A stretch of DNA of 64,000 nucleotides from Sphingobacterium sp. (GTDB taxonomy: Bacteria; Bacteroidota; Bacteroidia; Sphingobacteriales; Sphingobacteriaceae). Where the stretch lies: assembly GCA_050281725.1 (NCBI GenBank), contig JBMAAL010000017.1:166-64165 (forward strand). Direction: 5' to 3'. The notes beneath the pieces are model-generated. The model was not told where the DNA came from, made no database searches, and was given only the letters and a program-made list of their open reading frames with translations. Positions within the stretch are counted from its first letter, which is position 1, and the number at the start of each line of letters is the position of its first letter. Position numbers and translations under genes: made by a program. Shown here piece by piece: positions 38,146 through 48,807 of this stretch.

Positions 38146-40257
38146 TTATTGAATCGTCAAATCGAAAGTGGATACCGGTGTTCCAATTTCATTTTGAAGA
38201 TTTGCTCTACTGAACGGTTCGAAGCCATACAGGATTTTGGCGATTTGGAAATTCGGCTTAATGATTTCGATGGTATTATCCGATAGAATATTTGCGCTTA
38301 CATCGAAAATCCTTCCTTTATTGTCCATCAGCTGAAACCCTCTTACCGCTGTATTTTCCTGAGTTTTTAATTTTTTACAATGATCAAATATCAATAACAG
38401 CTTATCCTCATGAAGGGCACAATTGACAGGATCAGGATGATCGGCATTCAGTTCAACGTTATACAAGTGTTTCTGCACTAAATTTGCCAGGCGCTGGCCT
38501 ACTATAATCTTTTCACGTGGATGTACATCCAACGAATCACCTACATCGAGCGTTATCGCCATGTATGTACCTTTAATGCCCTTTTCCAATAAGCGTTGTG
38601 CGTTTCTAAAATCTCCCCATGATGGCCTGTCTATACTGGAGAGCTGGGCGAAGAAAAAAGGTAATTCTTGGTGAAAACTCTTCCGCCAGGAAGAAACCAA
38701 TGTTTTAAAAAGGAGTTCGTGAAGTTCTATATTATGCGCATTGCTTTCACCTTGATACCACAGTATTCCTTTCAATCCTGTATTCAACCATTTGCTGACG
38801 CCAGCCTCAAAATTATAAGCTGGTTGATAAGGATGACGTTGATTTTTCACGTTCGAAACAGCGAGATTCTGACCCGCACGTTCACGACAAAACTCCTGTA
38901 CAAAATCAGATTTTTGCCAGTTATAAATATAAGAAGCAAGCAAATCATTATTTTCCAATGATTTACGGTCAATCCACGACTCCGTATTGGACCCACCTAC
39001 AGACAGATCAATTATGCCAACAGGAATATGCTGCTCGTTGGCGATCTGTTCGGCAAATGAATAAGCAACTGCAGAGAACTGCGCTGCTTCATCGCCATTC
39101 GCTTGCCTCCAGCTGCCCTTGAAATAGGCCAGATCGTTTACATCCCTTAAGGTCACGGTATCCCATGCAACGGCATTGGTCTCCACAAGGTTGCGGCACT
39201 TAAAAAGGCGCAGATTCTGTATTCTACCGGCATTTCTGATCAACGGATCACTGTTTTTGGCACGGCGAAGTTGAAAAGCCATATTCGATTGTCCAGAAGC
39301 GAGGTATACATCGCCAAAAAGAATATTTTTCAACATTATTTTCTCTCTTCCCGAACTTACCACGATGTCATAAGGTCCCCCTGCCTCCATTTTTGGCAAC
39401 TTTATTTCCCAGAAACCATCGGTATTGACCTTAGTCTTATAGCTTTTCTTATTGAACACAATGTTGATCTCAGCGGCAGCAGTACCTCTACCAAAAATGC
39501 TGTTTACCCAATTGCGCTGGAGCACCATATCCGAACCGATAGTTTCGGCCACTTGTAGTTTTTGGCTAAGGGATACCAGTGCATTAGCCACCTGTCTCGC
39601 GATCATTGTTGCCCCCTGCTTATTTGGATGCAAGTAATCATCAAAAAGATCTATTCGATACCGAAGCGGGGTGTTGAGATCAATCAGTCCGACTTGATTA
39701 TTTTGGGCAATCTGAGGAATCAATTCCTGAATCTGGTCATACCAATCGCGGGTTCCAGAAAGAAAACGCGGATGACCGCTAAAAATAGGAGTCAATCGAC
39801 AGATGTAAATTTGCATTTTGGGATTAACGGATCGTATAGAATCAATCAAATCCGCGTAATCTGATGCAAAGGAGTTCTTATAATTTGGCCAGTTTCTCGG
39901 ATCGGTATCATTGAGCCCCAAATGTATAATGGCAACATCGGGTTTAAAATCCAAGGCCTTCCTGTATTCCGCTGTTTTAAAATAAGGTCTATGCCCCTTA
40001 CGTAAAAGTGTAGCCCCTGAATGGCCAAAATTCCGTACTTCAAACCGCGGGCCAAGTAATGACTGAAGCTGCCCTGGATAAGAATCCAGCCTAGGATTGC
40101 CGAGGCCATAACCAAAGGTTACGGAGTTACCGATACAAGCTACTTTTGTCCGGGGCTGCCCCAAGGAAATTAAGATGGAGAGAATCAAACAAAAAAGTAG
40201 GCCTCCTTTTTTTGAAATATTGGTAGGCATCATGTCGATTAAGGGTTTCATTTTCAT
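38146..40257 (-). CDS. two-domain sialate O-acetylesterase (SGNH + GQSNM-type domain)
   Basis: N-terminal SGNH hydrolase (VACIGNSVTFGYG ... DDYLHPN) fused to a sialate O-acetylesterase-type domain (LASGQSNM, ILWYQGESN). Confidence 0.85.
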   Translation of the reverse strand: MKMKPLIDMMPTNISKKGGLLFCLILSILISLGQPRTKVACIGNSVTFGYGLGNPRLDSYPGQLQSLLGPRFEVRNFGHSGATLLRKGHRPYFKTAEYRKALDFKPDVAIIHLGLNDTDPRNWPNYKNSFASDYADLIDSIRSVNPKMQIYICRLTPIFSGHPRFLSGTRDWYDQIQELIPQIAQNNQVGLIDLNTPLRYRIDLFDDYLHPNKQGATMIARQVANALVSLSQKLQVAETIGSDMVLQRNWVNSIFGRGTAAAEINIVFNKKSYKTKVNTDGFWEIKLPKMEAGGPYDIVVSSGREKIMLKNILFGDVYLASGQSNMAFQLRRAKNSDPLIRNAGRIQNLRLFKCRNLVETNAVAWDTVTLRDVNDLAYFKGSWRQANGDEAAQFSAVAYSFAEQIANEQHIPVGIIDLSVGGSNTESWIDRKSLENNDLLASYIYNWQKSDFVQEFCRERAGQNLAVSNVKNQRHPYQPAYNFEAGVSKWLNTGLKGILWYQGESNAHNIELHELLFKTLVSSWRKSFHQELPFFFAQLSSIDRPSWGDFRNAQRLLEKGIKGTYMAITLDVGDSLDVHPREKIIVGQRLANLVQKHLYNVELNADHPDPVNCALHEDKLLLIFDHCKKLKTQENTAVRGFQLMDNKGRIFDVSANILSDNTIEIIKPNFQIAKILYGFEPFSRANLQNEIGTPVSTFDLTIQ

Positions 40258-40285
40258 GATCTATTCATTCAGAATATAGCTGCGA

Positions 40286-41521
40286 TTACTTCTCCATTGT
40301 TTTCGGTTTAAGAAATAGGATTTGCAAGAGAAGTGCTAACAGTACCGCAGCCCCCAATAATGCAAAGCCTAACCCAAAATGGCCTTCATCCTTAAATCTT
40401 CCCAGCCATTGTGTGATGACAGCTCCAGCAAACACACCCACCATATTCATAAATCCATAAGCAGTTGCCCGCAATTTTTTAGGAACAACCTGACAAAGAA
40501 TAGGCATATTGTTGGCATCGAAAATACCAAAGCCAATTCCAAAACAGACTGCCGCCCCCACAACTGCAGATAGGGTCTGACCTAATCCCAAAAACAATAA
40601 GGCCGGTATGGTCAGTCCAAGGCCAATGGCACTGGTATAGATGCGACCACGGATATGCTTTTGTACCCATCGGTCACTGAGTATTCCGCCGACGATAACC
40701 CCGAAAAAGGATGAGATCGCGATCGTGATTGTCGACAATGGGCCTGCACTGGCCATTGGAATATTTAGGCTATCTGCAAACAATGTTGGCAACCAATTTT
40801 TGATGGCCCAACCAGGTAAGCTTGGAGCGGCGAAATAAAACAATAGAATCCAGAATGCTACATTGGAAAATAGCAGCAGTAAGCTTCTAGTAAGAGGTAA
40901 TTGATCTTCCGGATTGCTCTCTTCAGTTGACGGTTCGTGTTTCTTCTCTAGGAGCAAGACTGCAAGTAGGAGGGCATAACATATTCCGATAATTCCAAAC
41001 CAATGAAAAGCGGTATGCCATCCTTTTGAAGCCGCCAATGTTGCACCAAAACCGCCCAAAGCCTGCCCCGTATAGAGTCCTGTCATATGTAGCCCAATGG
41101 CCAGCGATCGATTTTTTCCAGTATGGTAATCGGCGATCAAGGAAAGGGCTGTCGGGATATACAGCGCTTCACTAAATCCCATAATAGCCCGCAATACCAA
41201 TAGTGTTGAATAATCGTGCGCCATCCCCATGCCATAAGTTACCGCTGACCAAACAAAAAGACTGCCTACGATAAGCCATTTTCTATTGCTACGATCGGCA
41301 ACGATACCCGCTATCGGACTCATAAGACCATAGATGTAAAGAAACACGGCCATCAATACACCAAAAGTCTCGGCGCGCTGCAACTGTGGTATATCGACCT
41401 GCATGGCTTCACGCATAGTTGATAGCATCTGCCGATCCATATAATTCAGCAGAGCTACCCCCCAAAGGAGTGCTACAACGAGCCATGGGTAAAAAGATTT
41501 ATGTCGTAAAGAAGAGATCAA
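40286..41521 (-). CDS. MFS transporter (sialic acid permease candidate)
   Basis: 411 aa, 12 TM helices, with MFS loop motifs (GIVADRSNRK). Sits within the nan cluster. Confidence 0.82.
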   Translation of the reverse strand: MISSLRHKSFYPWLVVALLWGVALLNYMDRQMLSTMREAMQVDIPQLQRAETFGVLMAVFLYIYGLMSPIAGIVADRSNRKWLIVGSLFVWSAVTYGMGMAHDYSTLLVLRAIMGFSEALYIPTALSLIADYHTGKNRSLAIGLHMTGLYTGQALGGFGATLAASKGWHTAFHWFGIIGICYALLLAVLLLEKKHEPSTEESNPEDQLPLTRSLLLLFSNVAFWILLFYFAAPSLPGWAIKNWLPTLFADSLNIPMASAGPLSTITIAISSFFGVIVGGILSDRWVQKHIRGRIYTSAIGLGLTIPALLFLGLGQTLSAVVGAAVCFGIGFGIFDANNMPILCQVVPKKLRATAYGFMNMVGVFAGAVITQWLGRFKDEGHFGLGFALLGAAVLLALLLQILFLKPKTMEK

Positions 41522-41572
41522 TTTAAGCTTTATCAGGGTTATATGAATTTTTTATATCTTATTTTTTCAATG

Positions 41573-42712
41573 CTATTTGTTAGAAAATGTCGCTACTAAA
41601 ATCTCAGGAGTACGAACGCCTGCTTTAATTTCACCGCTAGGCAAAATGATCGTATCACCCCAGACCACCGCCGTCGTGGTCACCGGACCATTCGATGGCA
41701 GATCCGCCATCCGGTTCCATTTTTTCAATTTCAAATCATAACGCCATATTGCTCTACCGAAGCCAGGATGATTGATTTGCAATTCGTTTTTAGCATCAAT
41801 GAGTTGCTGTCTCTTTGAGGGATTTGCTTCCTTTTTAGCGTCAAAGATCAGCGATTCCACCCGATGGAAGGTATCGCCCCGATCTGCGCTCAGCAACCAT
41901 ATTCCTTGGTCGGGCAATATACAAGCTGTTCCTGCCGCAGCAGGAAAAGGAATGTCCGCCCGTTTGGACCAAGTATTACCATCATCGGTGGAGCACCATA
42001 GTTCATGGTATAGCGTTGAAGGGCTCTCCGGATGAGCCTTTCTTCCACCAAGTAGATAAAGATTATGTTGGCTATCAGACAACAATTGCAAATGGGAAAC
42101 GGCATAGGGTAATTTTCCCACACAGCCCCATCCTTTTTCAATATGCGCCAGATCCAATTGCAACACTTGGTCCGATACCGCATCTTGCATTTCACCACCG
42201 GCGACGAGGAGTTTATTCCCATGAACTACCGCTCCCATATTGGCAAGCGGAAATGGGAGATCCGGAAAGTCTGACGCCGTAATTTTCTTGTTAGGGCCAT
42301 CATATTTAATTAGTCTACAGGCGGCTGTTTTTCCTTCAGGAGTCTCCCCTCCGATAACCAGCACTCCATCGGGTAGACTCAGGCTGGCAGCATAAGCAAC
42401 CGCCACAGAAAGACTATCCTGCGCTGCTAAGCGTAGTCTTGCACCTTCTTTTCTGTAAAGAAATACTTCTTTTTGGATCTCTTTCGCCCCACCATCCCAA
42501 GGTGGTAAATGCGGGAAATTCGCTCCACCAGCAACCAGAAGGCAATCGCCTGTGACACCAGCTATTGGTCCTGCCAGACCAATATGCGTCTTTCCATTTT
42601 TCATAGATGGCAACGTAATGCCTTTATGCCATTCCAATTGACCAACTTGCGCATCAACAGCACCTGTAAACAGTATTCCCACGATAACTCCCATCCAATG
42701 TTGTTTTGTCAT
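41573..42712 (-). CDS. nanM: Kelch-repeat cyclically-permuted mutarotase (NanM-like)
   Basis: Signal peptide and repeated GG..-type Kelch blades (VAGGANF, VIGGE, VAGGE, LLGGR). Adjacent to nanA. Confidence 0.75.
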   Translation of the reverse strand: MTKQHWMGVIVGILFTGAVDAQVGQLEWHKGITLPSMKNGKTHIGLAGPIAGVTGDCLLVAGGANFPHLPPWDGGAKEIQKEVFLYRKEGARLRLAAQDSLSVAVAYAASLSLPDGVLVIGGETPEGKTAACRLIKYDGPNKKITASDFPDLPFPLANMGAVVHGNKLLVAGGEMQDAVSDQVLQLDLAHIEKGWGCVGKLPYAVSHLQLLSDSQHNLYLLGGRKAHPESPSTLYHELWCSTDDGNTWSKRADIPFPAAAGTACILPDQGIWLLSADRGDTFHRVESLIFDAKKEANPSKRQQLIDAKNELQINHPGFGRAIWRYDLKLKKWNRMADLPSNGPVTTTAVVWGDTIILPSGEIKAGVRTPEILVATFSNK

Positions 42713-42802
42713 ATCTATTTATTGTTGAACATATACGCCAAGATCTTCTTAGTCATTTCCTTAGGGAAACAGGTTGCCCTCACAAGAAACAAGCGAGCTG
42801 CC

Positions 42803-43723
42803 TTAATGTGCGCAAAAACCCTGAAATCCAAGTTTCACTACATCGCCTGTAAACAGTTCAAACTGCTCAGCAGACATATTTTTCACGGGCAGTCTAAATG
42901 CTCCGCAGTCAAGCCCAATTAATTTCATATACGCTTTCCCTACTGAAATACCACCATACTTTCCTAACAACGTGATCATGTCAATAGACTGCTGCTGCAA
43001 AGCATTAGCTTTTTCAAGCTCTCCCTTATCATAAGCCTCCATAAGCGCAAGGTATAAAGGTGCTGCATAGTTATAGGTACTTCCGACAGCTCCTTTGTTA
43101 CCCAATACCAAAGCGGACAGCATATTCTCATCTCTTCCCCATAACATATCATACTTGCGATCTGCGTAATTCATACAGCTTAGAAAATCCATAAAATCTT
43201 CGTGCGTATATTTGATTCCCTTAAAATTTGGTATCAGCCCATCAATCTGCTTTAAGAGGTCGATCATCTGGAAATTTCCGCCGGTCAATACAGGAATATG
43301 ATAATAATAGAAAGCCGTATTCGGTGCCGCTCGTGCTATTTCAATACAACATTTTGCCAATTGATCCACATTAGCAGGTTTGAAATAAGACGGTGCGGTA
43401 AATGACACGACATCGACCCCTGCTTGCTCGGCCAGCCTAGCCAATTGTTGGCATTCTTTTATATTCGTTCCGCCCAGAAGCATCATGAGTGTAAATGCAT
43501 CATCCTCTTTTGTTAATCTGGCCCAAGCTGTCATTACTGCAACTTTTTCCTCAAAAGTCAGCGACACCCCTTCTCCGGTAGAGCCACAAATAAAGGCTCC
43601 CGTTACCCGGTTGCGCTTTAACATCGCATAGTATTGCGGAATCAGCTCAAGATTCAATTCTCCGTTTTCATCGAAAGGAGTAAATGGCGCTGCAATTAAT
43701 CCTGAGATTTTTTGATTTAGCAT
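42803..43723 (-). CDS. nanA: N-acetylneuraminate lyase (DHDPS family)
   Basis: GLIAAPFTPFDENG, GSTGEG and the Schiff-base Lys region NFKGIKYTHED. The ATG at 43723 is preferred over 43750. Confidence 0.9.
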   Translation of the reverse strand: MLNQKISGLIAAPFTPFDENGELNLELIPQYYAMLKRNRVTGAFICGSTGEGVSLTFEEKVAVMTAWARLTKEDDAFTLMMLLGGTNIKECQQLARLAEQAGVDVVSFTAPSYFKPANVDQLAKCCIEIARAAPNTAFYYYHIPVLTGGNFQMIDLLKQIDGLIPNFKGIKYTHEDFMDFLSCMNYADRKYDMLWGRDENMLSALVLGNKGAVGSTYNYAAPLYLALMEAYDKGELEKANALQQQSIDMITLLGKYGGISVGKAYMKLIGLDCGAFRLPVKNMSAEQFELFTGDVVKLGFQGFCAH

Positions 43724-43797
43724 ATGGTATTTTATATAAAAAGTTAACAATATCCTGCCTCAGACCTTCGCATGGGATCGAGACAGGCTATTCGTTT

Positions 43798-45363
43798 TTA
43801 GGTTCCCTTGTAACCTGGATTTTGCTGATCATTTAATTTGGGATCTACAGTAAGTGTCCCCAAGTCAATTGGCCATAAGATTTTATGTTTCTGACCTTCA
43901 ATGTTGTTCAATACGCCGACCAAGTTTAAATCTTTACGAAACAACAATGGTTTTCCAGCGGCATCCTGCATGCGTCGCAAATCGAACCATCGCTTGCCCT
44001 CGGACACAAATTCCTTTGTACGTTCATAGAAGATCGCTAATTCGTTTGCCTCAAAACTGCTATTTATAAACAAAGGTGCCTTTCCAGCGTAGGCACGGTT
44101 ACGTACAGCCATGATTTCAGCAGTTGGATCCTCTCCCAATTTATTCTTAATTTCCGCCAACAATAAATATGCTTCCGATAAGCGATAAACAGGATAATCA
44201 TCAGAATAGTTACGAACACCGTCTATCAAAGTTCCCAAGAATTTTCTAAATACTACCGCAGATGTATTTCCTTTATTAAAATTAAGGAATGTTGCATTTG
44301 CCCTCGTATCAGCCTTTTCATATAATCTGTAAAGATCCATTTTATACTCATAACGGATCAACCCCGTAGATCCGGTCTGAAGAGGATCTTTTGGAATTGC
44401 CTGCCCATTATCATCTACATAGCCTGTAATATCATCACTTGCCGCATAAATGAAATTACTGTAAAATGAAGTCGCTTCTCCATTTAGGTAACGAAGTACA
44501 AAGATCATCTCAGCATTACCTTTCATCGCTGGTACACTGGCAGATTTAAAAGCTTCTGCAAAATTGCTGACAAGCGTATATTTAGGAATTACTTCTTCTA
44601 TGGCGGCTTTCGCAAGTTTTAATTCCGCAAGGCTATTCTCTGGGGCCTTTCCATCCATATCAACTTTGGCCGACCATAAATATACCTCCGTTTTTAACAT
44701 TTTTGTTGCCGCCAAAGACCATTGTGCTTTTTGATTTTTAGTCTCGTAGTTTCCTGAAAACGATTTTTCCGATTTATCAACTTCCGATTTGATAAAGTCT
44801 AAGGTTTCTTTTTCCGTTTCTGTTCGCGCTTTATATGCTTCTTCTGCCGAGGTCGGGGTATTAATTGCTGCTTGTGGTTCTGTCACCAAAGGCACCCGGC
44901 CATAAGTTCTAAACAAATAGAAATAATAAAAAGCACGCAGTCCGTAGGCTTGCCCCAAATAGTAGCCCTTTTGAACATCAGTCAAATAATCGGCTTTCTC
45001 AACCTGATAAATAAAATTATTTACTTGAAAAATTGGCGCGTACAATCCAGCCCAGCCCGATATGCCAGGAGAACTTTCACGAATATCCTGTGTAATTATC
45101 CCTGCTGAGTTTAATGATGCTGTTCCTGTAAAACTAGTACCATCTCTTAAGGTTCCCCCACGCAGTTCACCCAAATTCCATAAGTTTTGCTGTTGTCCAC
45201 GCAACTGGGTGTGAAGTCCCAACATAGCCCCAGCAACCTGCTCGTTGCTTTTCCAGAAACTCCCACTGGCAAAGTAATCCTCGGGACTAAGGTCTAAGTC
45301 AATTTCTTTGCAAGAAGAAAACAGAAGAACTGCAAGACCTATATATATAAATATCTTTTTCAT
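43798..45363 (-). CDS. RagB/SusD family nutrient-binding lipoprotein (NanU-like)
   Basis: Lipobox LLFSSC, SusD-type TPR-like helices and a C-terminal RWFDLRR motif. Starts 9 nt downstream of SusC. Confidence 0.9.
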   Translation of the reverse strand: MKKIFIYIGLAVLLFSSCKEIDLDLSPEDYFASGSFWKSNEQVAGAMLGLHTQLRGQQQNLWNLGELRGGTLRDGTSFTGTASLNSAGIITQDIRESSPGISGWAGLYAPIFQVNNFIYQVEKADYLTDVQKGYYLGQAYGLRAFYYFYLFRTYGRVPLVTEPQAAINTPTSAEEAYKARTETEKETLDFIKSEVDKSEKSFSGNYETKNQKAQWSLAATKMLKTEVYLWSAKVDMDGKAPENSLAELKLAKAAIEEVIPKYTLVSNFAEAFKSASVPAMKGNAEMIFVLRYLNGEATSFYSNFIYAASDDITGYVDDNGQAIPKDPLQTGSTGLIRYEYKMDLYRLYEKADTRANATFLNFNKGNTSAVVFRKFLGTLIDGVRNYSDDYPVYRLSEAYLLLAEIKNKLGEDPTAEIMAVRNRAYAGKAPLFINSSFEANELAIFYERTKEFVSEGKRWFDLRRMQDAAGKPLLFRKDLNLVGVLNNIEGQKHKILWPIDLGTLTVDPKLNDQQNPGYKGT

Positions 45364-45372
45364 AATTTGGAA

Positions 45373-48300
45373 TTAAAATGTTAATTGAAGCCCAAGTATA
45401 AATGTTTTAGGAAGAGGGTATCCGCCGCCATTTTGTCCCACACTTCCACTTTCAGGGGAGAACAATGTATTTTTTGACCAATAGTGTAAATTTTGGCCTG
45501 TGGCGGAGATGCTTAAATCTTCCATTTTTAATCGGTTAGCAATGGATTTAGGCAAGCGATAAGACACATTAATCTCTCTAAATGCCAGATAATTCCCCTT
45601 ATTATAAAACATACTACTTTCCCGACTGGTATTATTTTTAAATAACTGATCTGCCCAATAATAAGTCGGATATTTTGCATTTGGATTTTCAGGAGTCCAT
45701 GTATCAAATACGCTTGTTGTCGTATTGAATGTTCCCTGCATCATTCCAAGAAACCAGGCTCTCGGGCCATCATAAGCAACATAGCCCAATGCGTAATCAA
45801 AACGGGTACTCAAGCTAATATTCTTCCAGCGTAAAGCTGCCCCAAATCCGCCCGTCCATCTCGGCACTGTATTTCCCATATACACCCTATCATAAGAATT
45901 GATTATGCCATCTCCATTTACATCCTTCCACATAACATCGCCTAAAGCTAATGGGTAGTATAAATTCTTCTCACTGCTGGACATTGCATTATAGACATCA
46001 GGATGTACCAATGTACGGGCACCGATCAGATCCTTTAATTGCAAGGCATAGCTATCCAACTGTTCTTTTGTCCGAATGATCCCGATGGCTTCATAAGCAT
46101 AAGCGACATTCGGGTCTTGCCCCTCCTGATTGCCCCCTACCCAAATTAGTTCTTTGGATTTTGGATCATAAACCTGTAAACCGCCTTGTCTGTTATTTTC
46201 AACACCATTAAAAGGCAATTTTAAGATCTTGTTTTTATTATACGCCGTATTCCAATTAAAGCTTAGATCCCAGTCATTCCTCCTTAGCATTTGATAATTC
46301 ACCCCAATTTCAACGCCCTGATTCTGCATATCACCATTGTTGGTCGTAATTGTGGTAAAACCGGCTGAAGCTGGTAAAGATAAGCTTGCAATCTTATCTT
46401 TAGTCGTCCGATGATAATAGGCAAGACTCAAATCAATCTTATTTAAGATTCTGGATTCAAGTCCTACTTCTTTTGTAATCAAACTCTCCCATTTGAGGTT
46501 TGGAATTGAAAGCGTAGACATGGTGTACCCCACTTGCCCATCATACTTGTTTGTGCCATATGAACCTTGAAGTGTATAAGATCCGATTCCACTGACATTA
46601 CCATTTCCCCCATAACTAGCGCGTAATTTTAACGTATTTACAATTTTATCAGTCCCTAAATAATCCTTCAAGAAATCTTCATGATGTAGTGCCCAACCGA
46701 TTGAAACTCCAGGAAAGGTTCCCCATCGATTATTTAGCAATGTCGAATAACCATCTCTACGTGCAGTCAATGTCAAAAGGTATTTTTCTTTATAGTCATA
46801 GTTTACGCGTCCAAAATAGGACATGATACGTTGTCGATCATGGTATGAATCGATACTTCTTTTATTGGCATCTGGACTCGTTAATCCAAGATCCATAAAG
46901 TCGTCTGTGGGAGCCCCACTTCCAGCCGCTGTAAATCCATTGTTATAAGTATCAAAAAATTCAGAACCCAACATAGCGTCGATATGATGCGAACTCGCGA
47001 TTTCAGTTCTGTAATTTAAAACGGCATTATAGGTTTGATTATATATTTTATCATAGGAAGCCGAGGAATTTCTTGTGCGAACATAATTTCCTGGGCTGGC
47101 TAGATAATCCCTATTAAAGGACTCCGAAGTGGACTGGTTAAAAAACCAGTTACCACTTACACGTAAGCTAAGATTTTCTAAAAAATTAATTGTAAAAGCT
47201 TGGGTAAATGTAAGCTTCTGATTTAGGTTTTTACGAATGAACTTATCGTCATTTACCACAGGGTTCCCATCTTGATAATCACGACCAACGAGCAGATCAC
47301 CATTGGCATTTGTACCACGCATTGTTGGAGGGGCCCCCAGTGCCCGCGTCATATAGTTTCCTTCTCCGTTAATAGCGTCACGCCATTTCGTATAGGCGAA
47401 ATTCACCCCTGATAATGAATGTAGCCAAGGCTTAACTTTATATTCACCATTTAACACAAAAGTTGTACGATCATAAAAAGTATTGATTGGCATCCCTTTC
47501 TCGTTATACTTCCCCACGCTTCCATAATATTTACCTTTGTCGTTCCCACCTTGCAATGCGATATTATAATCTTGTGTCAAACTAGCATCACGAAGCGCAT
47601 ATTTAGCATAGTCAAAATCTTTAAAAATTAGTTCTTTTCCAGTTACAGGATCAATCATGGTCTGCCATCCCTGTTGCAACAATTCACGATTGGTATCATC
47701 GAGCAACATGGTACTCCACACGGCATTGCTGGTAAGATTACCATCTAGGATATTTCCTTTATCATCCTTATATTTATTTCCAGTACCAAAGGGCCCTACA
47801 CTCGTTAATTGATTCAACTGGGACGGTTGATATTGCCCCGATACCTGAACACCTTTTCTACTCCAGTTTAAGTAATCTTTGGCACTTAGGAAATCAAAAG
47901 GGTTGTTCAATTTATTGACGCCAACTTTAGACGACAATGTAATATTGGAAACACCTTCTTTTCCTCTTTTTGTAGTTATCAATATCACTCCGTTTGCAGC
48001 TCTGGCACCATAAATTGCTGTAGCAGAAGCATCTTTTAAGACATCTATCGATTCAATATCATTTTGATTAATGTCATTAAATCCATTTCTAATCAAGCCG
48101 TCAACAATAACCAATGGTGTGCCACCGCCGCCATACGTAGTCCCGCCTCGAAGCACAACCGTGGGTACAGCTCCCGGTCTTCCTGAAGTTTGCTGCACTC
48201 GAATACCCGGTATCGTACCCGCCAAAGCAGAAGCTGGGTTAGAACGAACTCCAGTTTCAAGCACTTTTTTATCCAAGCTGCTTACAGACCCAGTCAAATT

Positions 48301-48660
48301 CGACTTTTTCATTTTTCCATATCCCACCACCACAACTTCATCCATTTGCTCAACCTTGGACTCAAGTTTGATGTCCAATTGATTTAGTTGCCCAACTTTT
48401 ACTTCATATGGCCTATACCCCGTAGACGTGATGATTAAAACGGTATTGGGATTCGTACTGATCGAGAATGTGCCATCAGCATTTGTCTGCAAAGATTGGC
48501 TGGATCCTTTGACTTTTACAGTCACATTGCCTAGCAACTCCCCTGTCTTTGCATCGGTAATTTTTCCCCGCACGGCATGGTCTTGTGCTTGCGCTAAGAG
48601 CATGTTGCCCATCAAAATAGACAGGCTGAGAAGGGTTCGTAATTTTAGATTTGAATACAT
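45373..48660 (-). CDS. SusC/RagA family TonB-linked outer membrane transporter (NanO-like)
   Basis: 1095 aa. CarboxypepD_reg-like N-terminus (VRGKITDAKTGELLGNVTVKV), plug (DEVVVVGYGKMKKSNLTGSVSS) and a barrel ending in LQLTF. Confidence 0.93.
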   Translation of the reverse strand: MYSNLKLRTLLSLSILMGNMLLAQAQDHAVRGKITDAKTGELLGNVTVKVKGSSQSLQTNADGTFSISTNPNTVLIITSTGYRPYEVKVGQLNQLDIKLESKVEQMDEVVVVGYGKMKKSNLTGSVSSLDKKVLETGVRSNPASALAGTIPGIRVQQTSGRPGAVPTVVLRGGTTYGGGGTPLVIVDGLIRNGFNDINQNDIESIDVLKDASATAIYGARAANGVILITTKRGKEGVSNITLSSKVGVNKLNNPFDFLSAKDYLNWSRKGVQVSGQYQPSQLNQLTSVGPFGTGNKYKDDKGNILDGNLTSNAVWSTMLLDDTNRELLQQGWQTMIDPVTGKELIFKDFDYAKYALRDASLTQDYNIALQGGNDKGKYYGSVGKYNEKGMPINTFYDRTTFVLNGEYKVKPWLHSLSGVNFAYTKWRDAINGEGNYMTRALGAPPTMRGTNANGDLLVGRDYQDGNPVVNDDKFIRKNLNQKLTFTQAFTINFLENLSLRVSGNWFFNQSTSESFNRDYLASPGNYVRTRNSSASYDKIYNQTYNAVLNYRTEIASSHHIDAMLGSEFFDTYNNGFTAAGSGAPTDDFMDLGLTSPDANKRSIDSYHDRQRIMSYFGRVNYDYKEKYLLTLTARRDGYSTLLNNRWGTFPGVSIGWALHHEDFLKDYLGTDKIVNTLKLRASYGGNGNVSGIGSYTLQGSYGTNKYDGQVGYTMSTLSIPNLKWESLITKEVGLESRILNKIDLSLAYYHRTTKDKIASLSLPASAGFTTITTNNGDMQNQGVEIGVNYQMLRRNDWDLSFNWNTAYNKNKILKLPFNGVENNRQGGLQVYDPKSKELIWVGGNQEGQDPNVAYAYEAIGIIRTKEQLDSYALQLKDLIGARTLVHPDVYNAMSSSEKNLYYPLALGDVMWKDVNGDGIINSYDRVYMGNTVPRWTGGFGAALRWKNISLSTRFDYALGYVAYDGPRAWFLGMMQGTFNTTTSVFDTWTPENPNAKYPTYYWADQLFKNNTSRESSMFYNKGNYLAFREINVSYRLPKSIANRLKMEDLSISATGQNLHYWSKNTLFSPESGSVGQNGGGYPLPKTFILGLQLTF

Positions 48661-48689
48661 ATTGGTTTGTATTAAGTATTACATATATG

Positions 48690-48697
48690 CAAATATA
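48690..48697 (-). promoter_or_regulatory. candidate -7 promoter box for the nan SusC operon
   Basis: TATATTTG on the minus strand (TAnnTTTG), 29 nt upstream of the ATG at 48660. Motif-only call. Confidence 0.35.
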
Positions 48698-48775
48698 TAA
48701 ATTACAAAATGTAAAAAACAAATTTTAATTAAATTATGTATAACATATTAGTCACTATTATTAATTATCTTTGCC

Positions 48776-48783
48776 TTAATGCG
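48776..48783 (+). promoter_or_regulatory. candidate -7 promoter box for the GntR/FadR regulator
   Basis: TATCTTTG (TAnnTTTG), 24 nt upstream of the ATG at 48808. Motif-only call. Confidence 0.35.
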
Positions 48784-48807
48784 CCTAACGCGCTATATGT
48801 AATATAT

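Noticed and set aside
42509-42922. 137-aa ORF spanning the nanM/nanA junction on the plus strand
   Set aside because: It overlaps the ends of two convincing minus-strand genes and the short spacer between them, and has no motif.
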